A stretch of 64,000 bases of DNA from NCBI GenBank assembly GCA_963771175.1, contig CAVYSY010000032.1:256001-320000 (forward strand), written 5' to 3'. This stretch comes from an uncultured delta proteobacterium. Its GTDB lineage: Bacteria > Myxococcota > Myxococcia > Myxococcales > Myxococcaceae. The number at the start of each line of letters is the position of its first letter. Position 1 is the first letter of the stretch. The position numbers were made by a program, and so were the translations under genes. This document shows, one piece after another, positions 9,766-20,558 of this stretch. A model generated the notes under the pieces. That model was not told the origin of the DNA. It saw nothing but the letters and a program-made list of their open reading frames with translations, and ran no database searches.

Positions 9766-11376
9766 CTACATGGACTTCGTCACGACGAGCGGGATCTCGA
9801 CCTCCACCTCATCCCCCGAGAAGGCGGGGAACACCATGCGCTTCGCGCTCAGCTTGAGGCAGGTGCCCATGGGAGAGCCCTCGACGTCCTCGCGGTCGAA
9901 CGACACCTTCTTCACCTTGCCGGAGCTGCCCACGGTGGCGGTGACCAGCACCTTGGTGTCGCGCAGCTGCGGATTCCTGCGCAGCGCCCGCTCGATGCAG
10001 GACTTGAAGGCGGACTGCGACTGCGACACCACGCGGGAGATCTCCTCCTGGGGCGGGCCGGACTGCTCGGCCGAGTCCGTGGCGGCCACCTCGGTGTCCT
10101 CACGCACCTCGGGGCCCACGTCCTTCTTGTCACCCTCGGCGTAGAGGGCGGCCACGTCCTTCTGAGCCTCGCCCTGGGGCTGGGCGGCCTCCTGCGTCGG
10201 CTCCTCCTTCGCGGGCTCGCTGGGGCGCGCCTTCGGCTCGGGCTTGGGTGCGGCCTCGGGCACCGGCGGGGGCGGCTTGGCGCGGCCGAGCATCAGGTCC
10301 CTCAGCTCGCCCATGCCCTCGGCCGAGAAGACGGACACGGGCTGCTCCACCGCGTTGCCCTGCGCGTCCACGCGGGTGACTCGCAGCGGCACCACCTGCA
10401 GCTCGGTGAGCGCGTACAGCAGGCCCACCGGCACCGCCAGCAGCAGGACGACGAAGAGGGCGATCTTCCAGGGCGGGTTGCGCCGATCCACGCCCGCCTT
10501 CTTCACGAAGTGCTGGGTATTCTCCACCGGCGCGCGCCGGTCATCCTCCTGGCCCAGCGGGGCGAGCGGATCCTCCTGCTGCCCGCCTTCGTCGTAGCCC
10601 GGTCCTCCCGGATCGAACCCGGCCTGCTGCTCGGACTGGGGCAGGTCCAGGTCGGAGAACAGCTCCCCGAGCTGCGCGGAGTTGGAGGCGGCGGACGCCT
10701 GCTCGGACCCCTGCTCCTGCTCGCCCTGGTCCCACGGCGCGGACACCTGCTCCGGGGCGGGCTGCTGCTGCCACGACGTCTGCGAGGGCGGAGGCGGCTC
10801 GGGCTGCCAGGAGGTGGCGGACTGCTCCGCCGGCTGTGCCACGGGCTCGGGCTGGACGTGCGGCGGCGGCGCGGCGCGCATGGGGGCCGGAGGAGGCGGC
10901 GGGGCCGCGGGCGCGAAGAGGCTCGCCAGCTCGGCGATGTCCGAGCCGCGCTTCCAGTCCGGCATGGTTTGCTGCCAGAAGTAGCTGCGGGCGGTGATGG
11001 TGCCAGCAGCCACCATCTCGGCCAGGACCGCTTCGTCGAGCGGGCCCTCTTGCTTGCTCTTCACCATCACGAACCAGGGCGAGCGCGAATCGCGCAGCGG
11101 CATGGTCCGCGTGGGCTCGTCATCCCAGGTTTGCGCGGAGGCGGGCGCGGCGGCGACTTCCGCCGCGGCGGCCTCCTCCTCGGCGAGCGACTGCTCTCGC
11201 AGACGCTCCACGTCGGCCAGGGCCACGACGCGCGTGCTCTCCTCGGCCTCCTGTGGAGGTCCCTCCACCGAGATGACGTTCTGGCAATTCTTACAACGAA
11301 CCTTGACGGTCTTACCGCGGACCTTGTCGTCCGCAATGGAGTACCGTCGCTGACACTTGTTGCAGGAGAAGTTCAA
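9766..11376 (-). CDS. Zinc-ribbon / GYF_2 / TM / AgmX-PglI C-terminal protein (GltJ-like)
   Basis: CNKC...CKNC zinc ribbon, WFVM...QEGP...WQQTMPDWK GYF-like domain, one TM helix, TonB-C-like C-terminus; TTG start inferred. Confidence 0.8.
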   Translation of the reverse strand: MNFSCNKCQRRYSIADDKVRGKTVKVRCKNCQNVISVEGPPQEAEESTRVVALADVERLREQSLAEEEAAAAEVAAAPASAQTWDDEPTRTMPLRDSRSPWFVMVKSKQEGPLDEAVLAEMVAAGTITARSYFWQQTMPDWKRGSDIAELASLFAPAAPPPPPAPMRAAPPPHVQPEPVAQPAEQSATSWQPEPPPPSQTSWQQQPAPEQVSAPWDQGEQEQGSEQASAASNSAQLGELFSDLDLPQSEQQAGFDPGGPGYDEGGQQEDPLAPLGQEDDRRAPVENTQHFVKKAGVDRRNPPWKIALFVVLLLAVPVGLLYALTELQVVPLRVTRVDAQGNAVEQPVSVFSAEGMGELRDLMLGRAKPPPPVPEAAPKPEPKARPSEPAKEEPTQEAAQPQGEAQKDVAALYAEGDKKDVGPEVREDTEVAATDSAEQSGPPQEEISRVVSQSQSAFKSCIERALRRNPQLRDTKVLVTATVGSSGKVKKVSFDREDVEGSPMGTCLKLSAKRMVFPAFSGDEVEVEIPLVVTKSM

Positions 11377-11520
11377 GTGGGCTGTCCAGCGCACGCACAC
11401 AAGGGCGAGCGGGAGGAATGCTACCGCCAAGGCGCTGGAGTGCAAACCATCGGGTTGACTCCGTCTGCCAGCCCAACTAAGAGCCGCTCCCCCCTACCCT
11501 CTTGACACAGAAGGTGGCGC

Positions 11521-11808
11521 ATGCCCGCGAAGGACCTCGGGAACAAGTACGTCTGCTTCAAGTGCTCCACGAAATTCTACGATATGAAGAAGCCGGACCC
11601 CCTGTGCCCGAAGTGTGGCGCGGATCAGCGGGAGAGCCCGGCCCTCAAGCCGGCCTCCGAGGGGCGTCGTGGTCGGCTGTCCTCCATCCCCAAGGTCATC
11701 GAGCCCATCGAGCCCGAGGAGCCCGCTGCTGAGAGCGAGGAGGAGGAGTTGGCCGAGTTCGAAGACGAGGAGGCCGAAATCCCCGCCGAGGAGGACGAGG
11801 AAATCTAG
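11521..11808 (+). CDS. FYDLN acid-domain protein (TIGR02300-like)
   Basis: LGNKYVCFKCSTKFYDMKK..CPKCG plus acidic tail. Confidence 0.88.
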   Translation: MPAKDLGNKYVCFKCSTKFYDMKKPDPLCPKCGADQRESPALKPASEGRRGRLSSIPKVIEPIEPEEPAAESEEEELAEFEDEEAEIPAEEDEEI

Positions 11809-11819
11809 CCTCGCGGTAC

Positions 11820-11858
11820 AAGGGGGGGGAATCCGCTGACCGGCGGAGACCCCCCTTG
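11820..11858. terminator. Stem-loop between convergent genes
   Basis: AAGGGGG..TCCGC-loop-GCGGA..CCCCCTT inverted repeat. Confidence 0.5.
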
Positions 11859-11879
11859 CTGGTTCAGCCGCCCGTCACC

Positions 11880-12032
11880 TCACCCAATCTGGAGGAGGGC
11901 ACGGCGGATCTGCGCGTAGAGGGCGGGACCCATGGCCTGCATGCCCACCGGACGGCGCGGGCCCTGGCCCTTGCCCGCCGTCACGGAGCTACCCGTGAGT
12001 CGTCTCGGGCTCGGTCGCTTCTTCGGCTGCAT
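11880..12032 (-). CDS. Small basic protein, 50 aa (not in ORF track)
   Basis: MQPKKRPSPRRLTGSSVTAGKGQGPRRPVGMQAMGPALYAQIRRALLQIG; GGGGGA upstream of ATG; GC-rich third codon positions. Confidence 0.5.
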   Translation of the reverse strand: MQPKKRPSPRRLTGSSVTAGKGQGPRRPVGMQAMGPALYAQIRRALLQIG

Positions 12033-12298
12033 GGGTTGTCCCCCGCGTTCCATTGGGCCCGATATGTAGCAGTACTTACGCCCGGACGGAAACTTTTCGC
12101 CCTGGCCCTCTTTTGGTAAGGGGGTTGAAGAGTCCGGCGCCCCCGTTCCCAGCTAACAGGAGCGTGAAGGTATTTCCGGGTCCGCCCGGCCGGCCGCATG
12201 CCGAGGGATGACACCAGTGACATTTGGGCGTTGGACCCCGTAAATCCTTGTTGATAGTAAGTGCGAGGGCCCCAGGGCCCACATTGGAGGCAGCGAAT

Positions 12299-13024
12299 TT
12301 GCGGGAGAAACTGAAGGCGCTGGCGGAGCTGCAGAAGGTGGACCTCGAGGTCGCCTCGCTCCGGAAGGCCGCGGACGTGCATCCCCGGCAACTGGCGGAG
12401 CTGGAGCGCGAGCTGGGAGCGGCGCGCAGCGCCATCGAGGCCGAACGCAACCGGGTCGCGGACATCGAGAAGCAGAAGACCACGCTCGAGCAGAACATCG
12501 CGGACGAGAAGGACAAGGTGAAGAAGTGGGAGGCGCGGCTCGCCGAGCAGCGTTCCACCCGCGAGTACTCCGCCCTGGCCCGCGAGATCGACATCGCCAA
12601 GAAGGCCAACCAGACGATGGCCGACGAGCTGGTGGAGCTGGTCAAGACGCTCGCCGCCGCGCGTGAGGCGGTGAAGGGCAAGGAGGCCGAGTTCGCCTCG
12701 CGCCAGGAGCAGCTCTCCGGGCGGATGACCGAGCTGAAGGGCAAGCTGAGCCAGGCCGAGGGCCAGGTGAAGGCGCTCGAGGGCAAGCGGAGCACGGTGG
12801 CCGCGGGAGTGGACGCTACCCTGCTGCGCCGCTACGAGGTGATACGCAAGAAGAAGCTGCCGGCGATGGTGGGCGTGGTGGCCGGCACCTGCCAGGGCTG
12901 CAACATGAACGTGCCCCCGCAGCTCTACAACAACCTGCGCGTGTCGCTGGGCACGGACGTGTGCCCGTCCTGCCACCGGATCATCTACGCCGTCGAGGCG
13001 CTCGAGGCGCCGGCGGCGAAGTAG
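12299..13024 (+). CDS. Coiled-coil C4 zinc-ribbon protein (DUF164/CdsZ/FlgZ-like)
   Basis: Long coiled coil, then CQGCNM...CPSCHRI; GGAGG RBS before TTG. Confidence 0.88.
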   Translation: MREKLKALAELQKVDLEVASLRKAADVHPRQLAELERELGAARSAIEAERNRVADIEKQKTTLEQNIADEKDKVKKWEARLAEQRSTREYSALAREIDIAKKANQTMADELVELVKTLAAAREAVKGKEAEFASRQEQLSGRMTELKGKLSQAEGQVKALEGKRSTVAAGVDATLLRRYEVIRKKKLPAMVGVVAGTCQGCNMNVPPQLYNNLRVSLGTDVCPSCHRIIYAVEALEAPAAK

Positions 13025-13038
13025 GGCCGCCCCGGAAG

Positions 13039-13659
13039 ATGGCCGCACCGACCGTCGTCGACATCCTCCGCCAGCTCGCGCGCGAGGAGCCGCTCACCGC
13101 GACGGTGCGAGCCTTCCCGGGACTCACCCGGGAGGAAGTGGGACGGTTGCTGGAGGTGGCCGCCGAGCGGCTCGCCACTCTTCCGCCCGAGCCTGCCCGT
13201 ATCTCCCCGCCCGCACCGAAGCCCGACGTGGAGCCCGTCGCCCCGGCGGAGTCGCCTGGGAAGCTGCGGCTCTTCTCGGACGGGGCCGCCCGCGGCAACC
13301 CGGGCCCGGCCGGCGCGGGCGCGGTGCTGGTGGACGCCGAGGGACGGGTGGTGGCCCGGCTCGGCAAGTTCCTCGGCATCCAGACGAACAACTACGCCGA
13401 GTACATGGGCCTGCTGCTCGGCCTGAAGCACGCCCGGAGCCTGGGCGCGAAGGAGCTCGAGGTGCTCGCCGACAGCGAGCTGCTCATCCGCCAGCTCCAG
13501 GGCCGCTACCAGGTGAAGAGCCCCACCCTCCGTCCCCTCTACGAGGAGGCGAGCGGGCTGTTGAAGGCCTTCCCCCGGGTGAAGCTCACCCACGTGCCGC
13601 GCGAGAAGAACAAGGCGGCCGACGAGATGAGCAACCGCGCCATCGACGAGCGGATGTGA
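13039..13659 (+). CDS. rnhA: Ribonuclease HI
   Basis: FSDGAARGNPGPAGAG, TNNYAEY, DSEL, HVPREKNKAAD. Confidence 0.92.
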   Translation: MAAPTVVDILRQLAREEPLTATVRAFPGLTREEVGRLLEVAAERLATLPPEPARISPPAPKPDVEPVAPAESPGKLRLFSDGAARGNPGPAGAGAVLVDAEGRVVARLGKFLGIQTNNYAEYMGLLLGLKHARSLGAKELEVLADSELLIRQLQGRYQVKSPTLRPLYEEASGLLKAFPRVKLTHVPREKNKAADEMSNRAIDERM

Positions 13660-13716
13660 ACCCCGGCGCTTCGTCCGGAGTGACCTCGGACCCACGTCTG
13701 TTGTATGAGGCATGGG

Positions 13717-14108
<392 letters not shown>

Positions 14109-14126
14109 TTTTTTTCTTCCCTGGGC

Positions 14127-14684
14127 CTACTGCTGCTCCACCGGCACCTGCACGAGCAGGATGCGGTTGCGCCCGTCGTTGCGCACGGCCTCCGGGTTCT
14201 TGAGCTGCAGGCGCGCGTCGGTCCGGGGTTCCCAGAAGCCCACCCAGAGGTTGAGGGCGCGGGCGGGAGCACCGGGCGGGAGCATGAGGGTGAACTCGTC
14301 CTTCACCGTCTCGCCGACCTTCCACTGGGTGGTGGGGTAGAGGCCACCGGCCGGCTTGTGGTCGGCGTTGAGGCGCTCCATGCGGCCCTCGGCGTCCTCG
14401 ATGTGGACGAAGACCATGTAGTCGTTCTCCAGGGGCTTGAGCACCTTGAAGAAGGCGGTGACACGGGCGGCCTCGCCAGGAGCGATGCGGCCCGGCTGCA
14501 CGGTGGCGCCCACCAGCTCCACCTTGTCCTCGAAGTTGGCGCCGTTGCGCACCGAGAGCTGCGGCACCTGGGCCACCACGGACTGGCGCCGCTCGTTGGG
14601 GCTGGAGCCTCCGGGCGCCTCGACGATGCAGGCGGAGAGCAGGGAAGCGGGGACGAGGAGGGCGAGGAGCGAGGGACGACGCAT
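14127..14684 (-). CDS. Lipoprotein of unknown function
   Basis: Lipobox LLSAC; beta-rich domain with FVH and YPTTQWKVGE. Confidence 0.75.
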   Translation of the reverse strand: MRRPSLLALLVPASLLSACIVEAPGGSSPNERRQSVVAQVPQLSVRNGANFEDKVELVGATVQPGRIAPGEAARVTAFFKVLKPLENDYMVFVHIEDAEGRMERLNADHKPAGGLYPTTQWKVGETVKDEFTLMLPPGAPARALNLWVGFWEPRTDARLQLKNPEAVRNDGRNRILLVQVPVEQQ

Positions 14685-14879
14685 GGCGGCCCTGGTTCTA
14701 CCGGCTTCCCGGCACGGCATCCACCGGCGCGTGGCCTCTCGGTGGCCCCCAATGCCCTGCCCGCCACCTCTCCGGCGGACGAGCGGGCCCCCCTCCTCCG
14801 TCGCTCCCGTGACGGGTTCCTGGCACCGCTCGAAGTTGGGTAGGACTCACGGAGCATCTTGAGGTATGCGAAGCGCGCC

Positions 14880-16469
14880 ATGAAGACGCCCACCGCCATC
14901 CCCTTCGTCCTCGCGCAGGCGCCGTCGCCACAGCCCACTCCCCCGCCCCAGCAGCCGACGCAGCCCGGGGTGCCGGAGACCGGCACGCCGCCGCCAGTGG
15001 CGCCCGAGGCCGGTGGCCCCTTCGGGCAGATTGTCGGCATCACCGTGGTGGTGCTGTTCGTGGCGCTGATGGCGCTCGCGGCGCGCAAGCTCTTCTTCAA
15101 GCGCCGCCCCGAGCTGCCCGGCAAGCCCACGCCCCCGGCGGTGCCGCCCACGAAGGAGAAGCCCGCGCTGCCCCCGGAGCGGCCGGAGCTGCGCGTGGAG
15201 CTGCCGCCCTCCGAGGCGGAGCTGGCGAGGCTGCGCGAGGCGGAGGAGCTCCACGCCCGCGCCGAGGCGCTCGCCCGCCAGCGAGCCGAGGCCGACCGAG
15301 CCGCGAAGGCCACCACGGACGCCGCCGAGCGCGCCCGCCTGGAGGCCGAGGCCCGCGCCCTCAAGGAGCGCGAGGAGGAGGAGAAGCGCGCCGAGTACCG
15401 CGCGAAGAAGGCCGCGGAGGACGAGGCGAAGGAGCGGCGCAAGCGCGAGCGCGAGGAGGCCGAGCGCCTGCTGGCCGAGCAGAAGGCCCGCGAGGCGGCG
15501 GCCGCCGAGGAGGCCCGTCGCGCGGAGGAGGCGGCGGCGCGCGCGAAGATCGAGGCCGAGGCCGGCCGGACGCTGGCGCAGGGCCTGGACAAGACGCGCA
15601 GCCAGGGCTTCATGGCGCGGCTCAACGGCCTGTTCGGCTCGAGCCGTCAGGTGGACGAGTCCGTGCTGGCCGAGCTGGAGGAGATCCTCTTCACCGCGGA
15701 CATCGGCGTGCGCACCGCGTCCAGCCTGGTGGAGGTGGCGCGCGAGAAGCTCAAGCGCAACGAGCTGAGCGACCCGAACCGCATCAAGGGGCTCATCCGC
15801 GAGGAGGTGGCGCGCATCGTGGACCTGCCGGCGCCGCGCTCGCTGGAGGGCGGAGGCCCGCCGCACGTGGTGATGGTGGTGGGCGTCAACGGCGCGGGGA
15901 AGACGACGACCATCGGCAAGCTGGCGGCGAAGCTGACGGGCCAGGGCAAGAAGGTGGTGCTGGCCGCGGGCGACACCTTCCGCGCCGCCGCCACCGAGCA
16001 GCTCGACGTGTGGGCGGACCGCGCGAAGGCGGAGCTGGTGAAGGGCCTCGAGGGCGCGGACCCCAGCTCGGTCATCTTCGAGGCCATCAAGAAGGCGAAG
16101 GAGGCGGGCGCCGACGTGGTCATCGCGGACACGGCGGGCCGGCTCCACACCAAGGTGAACCTGATGGACGAGCTCAAGAAGGTGAGGCGCGTCATCGACA
16201 AGGCGCTGCCCGGGGCTCCCCACGAGGTGCTGCTGGTGCTGGACTCCACCAACGGCCAGAACGCCATCCAGCAGGCCAAGCAGTTCCACGAGGCGGTGGG
16301 CGTCACCGACATCGCCCTGACGAAGCTGGACGGCACCGCCAAGGGCGGCGTCATCATCGGCATCTGCGACGAGCTGAAGCTGCCCGTGGTGTGGGTGGGC
16401 GTCGGCGAGAAGGTCGCCGACCTGCGCCGCTTCGAGCCCCGGGAGTTCGTCCAGGCGCTGTTCGACTAG
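14880..16469 (+). CDS. ftsY: SRP receptor FtsY with N-terminal TM and coiled-coil extension
   Basis: GVNGAGKTTTIGKLA, DTFRAAA, DTAGR, TKLDGTAKGG. Confidence 0.96.
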   Translation: MKTPTAIPFVLAQAPSPQPTPPPQQPTQPGVPETGTPPPVAPEAGGPFGQIVGITVVVLFVALMALAARKLFFKRRPELPGKPTPPAVPPTKEKPALPPERPELRVELPPSEAELARLREAEELHARAEALARQRAEADRAAKATTDAAERARLEAEARALKEREEEEKRAEYRAKKAAEDEAKERRKREREEAERLLAEQKAREAAAAEEARRAEEAAARAKIEAEAGRTLAQGLDKTRSQGFMARLNGLFGSSRQVDESVLAELEEILFTADIGVRTASSLVEVAREKLKRNELSDPNRIKGLIREEVARIVDLPAPRSLEGGGPPHVVMVVGVNGAGKTTTIGKLAAKLTGQGKKVVLAAGDTFRAAATEQLDVWADRAKAELVKGLEGADPSSVIFEAIKKAKEAGADVVIADTAGRLHTKVNLMDELKKVRRVIDKALPGAPHEVLLVLDSTNGQNAIQQAKQFHEAVGVTDIALTKLDGTAKGGVIIGICDELKLPVVWVGVGEKVADLRRFEPREFVQALFD

Positions 16470-16472
16470 GAC

Positions 16473-18249
16473 CTACTCCGTCTCCTTCAGCAGGCCCGGC
16501 AGCAGCTCCTCGATGAGCTTCTGCGTCTCGGGGTCGAGGTCCTGTCCATTCACCCCGCCGCCCAGCAGGGCGCCCAGGTTCGCCTTGCCGAGGTCCTCGT
16601 CACCGTGGGCCTCCTTCCACCAGCGCACGCGCAGGCGCTCGAGCGCGGCGGCCTTCGAGGGGCTCACCTTGCCCAGCTCGCGGGTGAGGCAGTCCCGGCA
16701 CGTCCACTTGAAGCGGTAGGCGTCCACGTAGGCGCGCAGGCCCTTGAAGAAGGCCTCGTCGCCCAGGAGCTTGCGCGAGGCGTGGTGCAGCAGCGGGCGC
16801 CTTGCCGTACACCAGCGCGCCGTACTCGATGGGGTTGTCGAAGTCGGTGGTGGGCCGATCCGCCGGGCCGTCCTTGCCGCCCGAGAGCCGGTAGCAGGTG
16901 GTAGGACGAGACGAGCGCCTCCTGCCGCATCTGCTCCGCCACCGCGCGCCCGTGCTTCCACTCCATGTAGAGCAGCGCCGTGTACTGGGCGAGCGACTCG
17001 TCCACCACGGGCGCGTTGATGGGGTCCGAGCCCACCAGCCCCGCGAAGTACTGGTGCGCCACCTCGTGGGCCACGGTGAACTCGAGCGTGCGCTCCAGCG
17101 TCTTGCCGAGCTGCGCCGAACTGAGCCGTGTCCCCGCCCATGGCCTGGAGCAGGTTCTGCATCTGCTCCATCCCCGGCATGCCCTCGAGCGCGCTGCCGG
17201 GGTCCGCCGCCCCGCGGTACAGCGACGTGCCCACGGTGACGAGCCCGGGGAACTCCATGCCTCCGGCGCCGCCGGACAGCGGGGCCTCCACCACGCGGAA
17301 GTACTTGAACGGCAGGGGCCCCAGGCGCTGCTCGCACTCGGTGAGCGCATCGCTGGCGTACTGCAGCACGCGCTTGCCCACCTCGGCGTCGCGGGCGGCG
17401 AAGTGGCTCTCCACGGTGACGCCACCCACTGTCGTGGTGGCGCTCTGGTAGCCGCGCGAGGCGAACACGGGGAAGTCACGCACCGCGCCCGCGGCGAAGC
17501 TGTAGCGGATGCGGCCGTCCCTCTGGGGCACCTCGCCCATGGGCGACCCCCGTGGCGTGCACCTTCCACCCCGAGGGGACGATGACGTTGGCGAGCACGT
17601 TCGAGGGCTCGTACAGCGCCAGGTCGCCGATGCCCGCGGGCCCCTCCCAGGGGTTGCCGCCCGCATCGAGCGGAGGCACCAGGGGCACCACCCCCACCAG
17701 GCTCATGAAGTCATCCGTCGCGGAGAAGGCCCCATAGTCCCCCGCCCCTCCGCCGGAGCTCCCGAGCGCGCCCATCAGCGTGGTCGAGCCCGGCGCCGCC
17801 TTGGGCACCTCCGCCTCCAGGGCGAGCTCCACCACCACCGAGCTACCCGGAGCGACGGCGCTGGCGAGCGGCACCCGGTAGAGGCTCGTCTCCGGGTGCT
17901 CCAGCTTCGCGGGCTGCCCGTTGACCTTCACGTCCGAGAGCTTCATCCGCTTGTCGAAGGCATTGGGGGTGACTCGCAGGTGGACGGCATCGAGCGGGCG
18001 GCCACGCACGAACAGCTCCACCCGCAGGCGGCCCTTCACCTGACGCGCCTTCGGGTCCACCTCGAGCTGCACCTGGTAGCGAGGCAGGTTCTCCAGGGGG
18101 CCGAGTGCCTGCGCGATACGAGCCCGCTCCTCGGACTTGAGGTGCTGGAGGGAGAACTGCACCTCGGGGGGGACGACGTCTCCGGCGGGAGCAACCCCAG
18201 GCACGAGCAGCAGGGACAGCAGCGGCCAGCGGCGCAGGAAGGAGAGCAT
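16473..18249 (-). CDS. Secreted M1-family (gluzincin) aminopeptidase; frameshifted
   Basis: Signal peptide, GGMEFPG, HEVAH-x18-E, LVYGK. Confidence 0.85.
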
Positions 18250-18267
18250 GGCGGTATGTTACCGACG

Positions 18268-18852
18268 ATGACCCTTCGAAAGCTCGCCCTGGTCGCCGTG
18301 GCCGTCACCTCAGTGTCCTGCGTGAAGCAGGTTCCCACCGGGCCGTCGGGCCCGGCTCGCTCCTTCCCGCTGCTGAAGGAGATAGAGGAGCGGGAGACAG
18401 AGTCCCTCACGGAGAAGCGCGAGGACGTGGAGGTGGACACGCGCGACTTCGAGCGGACGCCCCGGGTGGTGGCCCGGGGCGAGACGCCGCTGGTGAAACT
18501 TTCCGGGGCGCGGGCCCGGCTCTACGGCAACGCCGAGGGCACGCGGGGCTTCGACGTGGACAACTTCATCCTGCTCGAGGTGGTGGACGGCTCGGGCCAG
18601 GTGCTCAACCGCGGCGCGGTGGGCTTCACCGAGAACGTGCACATGGGCCGCGAGGTGGTGGACAGCGTGGGCCCACGCGCCTTCCACTTCGAGCCGGGCC
18701 AGGTGGACCTGACCACCCGGCTGCCGGAGAACGAGCCCTTCCAGGTGCGCGCGACGGTGCTGGACTACTCGGGCGTGGGCCGGGTGACCAATGTCTTCCT
18801 GGTGCTCGAGCCCAGGGACTCGAAGCAGGACGACGACCTGCGCACCCACTGA
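18268..18852 (+). CDS. Hypothetical lipoprotein
   Basis: MTLRKLALVAVAVTSVSC lipobox-like N-terminus; coding-type codon usage. Confidence 0.7.
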   Translation: MTLRKLALVAVAVTSVSCVKQVPTGPSGPARSFPLLKEIEERETESLTEKREDVEVDTRDFERTPRVVARGETPLVKLSGARARLYGNAEGTRGFDVDNFILLEVVDGSGQVLNRGAVGFTENVHMGREVVDSVGPRAFHFEPGQVDLTTRLPENEPFQVRATVLDYSGVGRVTNVFLVLEPRDSKQDDDLRTH

Positions 18853-18894
18853 ACCCTGACCCTCCGGCCCGTGGACGTGCCACGGGCCCGGGGC

Positions 18895-19879
18895 TCAGAA
18901 CCGGATTCCGTTCGCGGCGGCGGTAGGCCCGTTGATGATGGAGTCGCAGCGACCGCCGCAGACATCCCGGTTCGGATCGAGCGGCTGGGGCTGGGTGGCG
19001 ACCACGGTGCCCACGGCGGCGGCGGTGACCACCGCGCCCACGCCGGCCCAGAAGTACCAGCGCTTGGTGAGCGGGGTGCTGGTGGAGACCTCCGGCACCT
19101 CCTGGGTGAGCGGCGACGGAGTGTCGGTGGCGCTCGGAGTGAGCACCGGCGTGCGCGGCTCATCGGACTGCGCGACGAGCACCGGACGCAGGCTGGCATC
19201 GACGTTGTACTCCTTGCCGGCGCGCACGGTGATGTTCTGCGTCTCGGGGCGGAAGCCCTCGCGCTTGACGACGATCTCATGCGAGCCGGCCGAGAGCATG
19301 AGGCCCTCGAGCGGCACCGTGCCCTTCTCCTCTCCATCGACGATGACCCGTGCGCCCGCCACATCGGCCTTCACGGTGACGAAGCCCATCACCGCGTCGA
19401 GCAGCACACCGACCTCGGTGCTCTCCCCCTCCTTGGCGGTGACGCGCCGGGAGAAATCGCGATAACCGGGCCGGCGCACGACGACGATGTGCTCGCCGGG
19501 GGACACCTCGATGGCGCCCCTGGGCAGCGCGCCGACCTCCTTGTCGTCGAGGAACAGGCGCGAGCCCCGCGGACCGCCCTGCAGCTTCACGAGCAGCTCC
19601 GTCTTCTTGACGAGGGGCGCGAGGAGATCGGCAGCCCCGGAGTCAACGGTCGAAGCCTCGGGCTCCGGAGCCTGCCGGGCACCCTTCCCCCTTCCCACCC
19701 TTCCCTCCCTTCCCAACCTTGGCGGACTTCGGCGGCCGACGCTTGTTCGTCTTGCCCTTCCCCTTGGACTTCCCGGCGGGCGCCAGGGGCGCGAGGAGAT
19801 CATCCATCCCCTGCGCGAAGGCAGAAGGCGTGGCGAAGCAGAGGAGCAACGCGATCAGGAAGGCACGGCGCAAGGACAT
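18895..19879 (-). CDS. PEGA-domain membrane protein; frameshifted near N-terminus
   Basis: Two PEGA repeats (GEHIVVVRRPGY; GSHEIVVKREGF) and C-terminal KRWYFWAGVG TM. Confidence 0.8.
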
Positions 19880-19963
19880 GGCGGACCAAAGGTTAAAGAG
19901 TCGCGGGGGAGGGGTCAAACAGGAGTCCACCTGCGAGGCGGGTTGGGGGAAGATCAGCGCCGT

Positions 19964-20509
19964 ATGCCCCGAAAAATTCTCATGATCGCAGCGGGTGGCC
20001 TCACCGCTACCCTGATGGCCTGTCCGACCCGGACCCCCACCCTACCCGAGGCGCCACGGCCGGTGCGCGTGCCCAAGGGGTGCGAGAAGAACCAGGCGGG
20101 GGAGTACCACCATGCGGAGAACCCGGCCTTCCGCTACCGGGGAGAGGACGACGGCGGCACGCTGACACTGGCGGTGGTGCGCGCACGGGAGGGCGAGGCG
20201 AGCCAGACGGATGGAGGAACGGTGAGCATCGTGCTCCAGCGGACGCCGGACGGTTTCGTCGGCGAGACGCGGGCGACGACGTTCACCCCCGCGGGCACGG
20301 CGTGTCCGGTGCGCTTCCCCACTCAGGTGACGACCTGTGACGACCAGGGCCTCACACTGCGCTCGGCGGCGACGACGGCCATCGACGAGAACTGCCGCCC
20401 GGCCCCGAGCGGCCCGCAGCCGGCCCTGAAGGAGCAGCGGCTGCTGCGGGGAGTCCCGGACGCGGGCACTCCCACGGAAGCGGACGCCGGTACACCCACC
20501 GTGAAATGA
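19964..20509 (+). CDS. Hypothetical lipoprotein
   Basis: LMAC lipobox; DAGTP low-complexity tail. Confidence 0.65.
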   Translation: MPRKILMIAAGGLTATLMACPTRTPTLPEAPRPVRVPKGCEKNQAGEYHHAENPAFRYRGEDDGGTLTLAVVRAREGEASQTDGGTVSIVLQRTPDGFVGETRATTFTPAGTACPVRFPTQVTTCDDQGLTLRSAATTAIDENCRPAPSGPQPALKEQRLLRGVPDAGTPTEADAGTPTVK

Positions 20510-20558
20510 GACGGAGGACCGGGGTGGGCACCTACCCTACCCCGGAGCCTCCAAACCC

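Noticed and set aside
8806..11505. 899-aa plus-strand ORF and similar long antisense ORFs (e.g. 5006-6796, 6379-8169, 59180-60811)
   Set aside because: Shadow ORFs opposite real genes, expected in high-GC DNA with few stop codons.
11809..12290. Structured ncRNA (SRP/6S/tRNA) in the gap
   Set aside because: No SRP or tRNA signature found; a small ORF, a hairpin and divergent promoter DNA explain the gap.
15230..15560. Tandem repeat or CRISPR-like periodicity
   Set aside because: It is low-complexity E/A/R/K coding sequence inside ftsY. I saw no repeat-spacer array or cas gene in the window.
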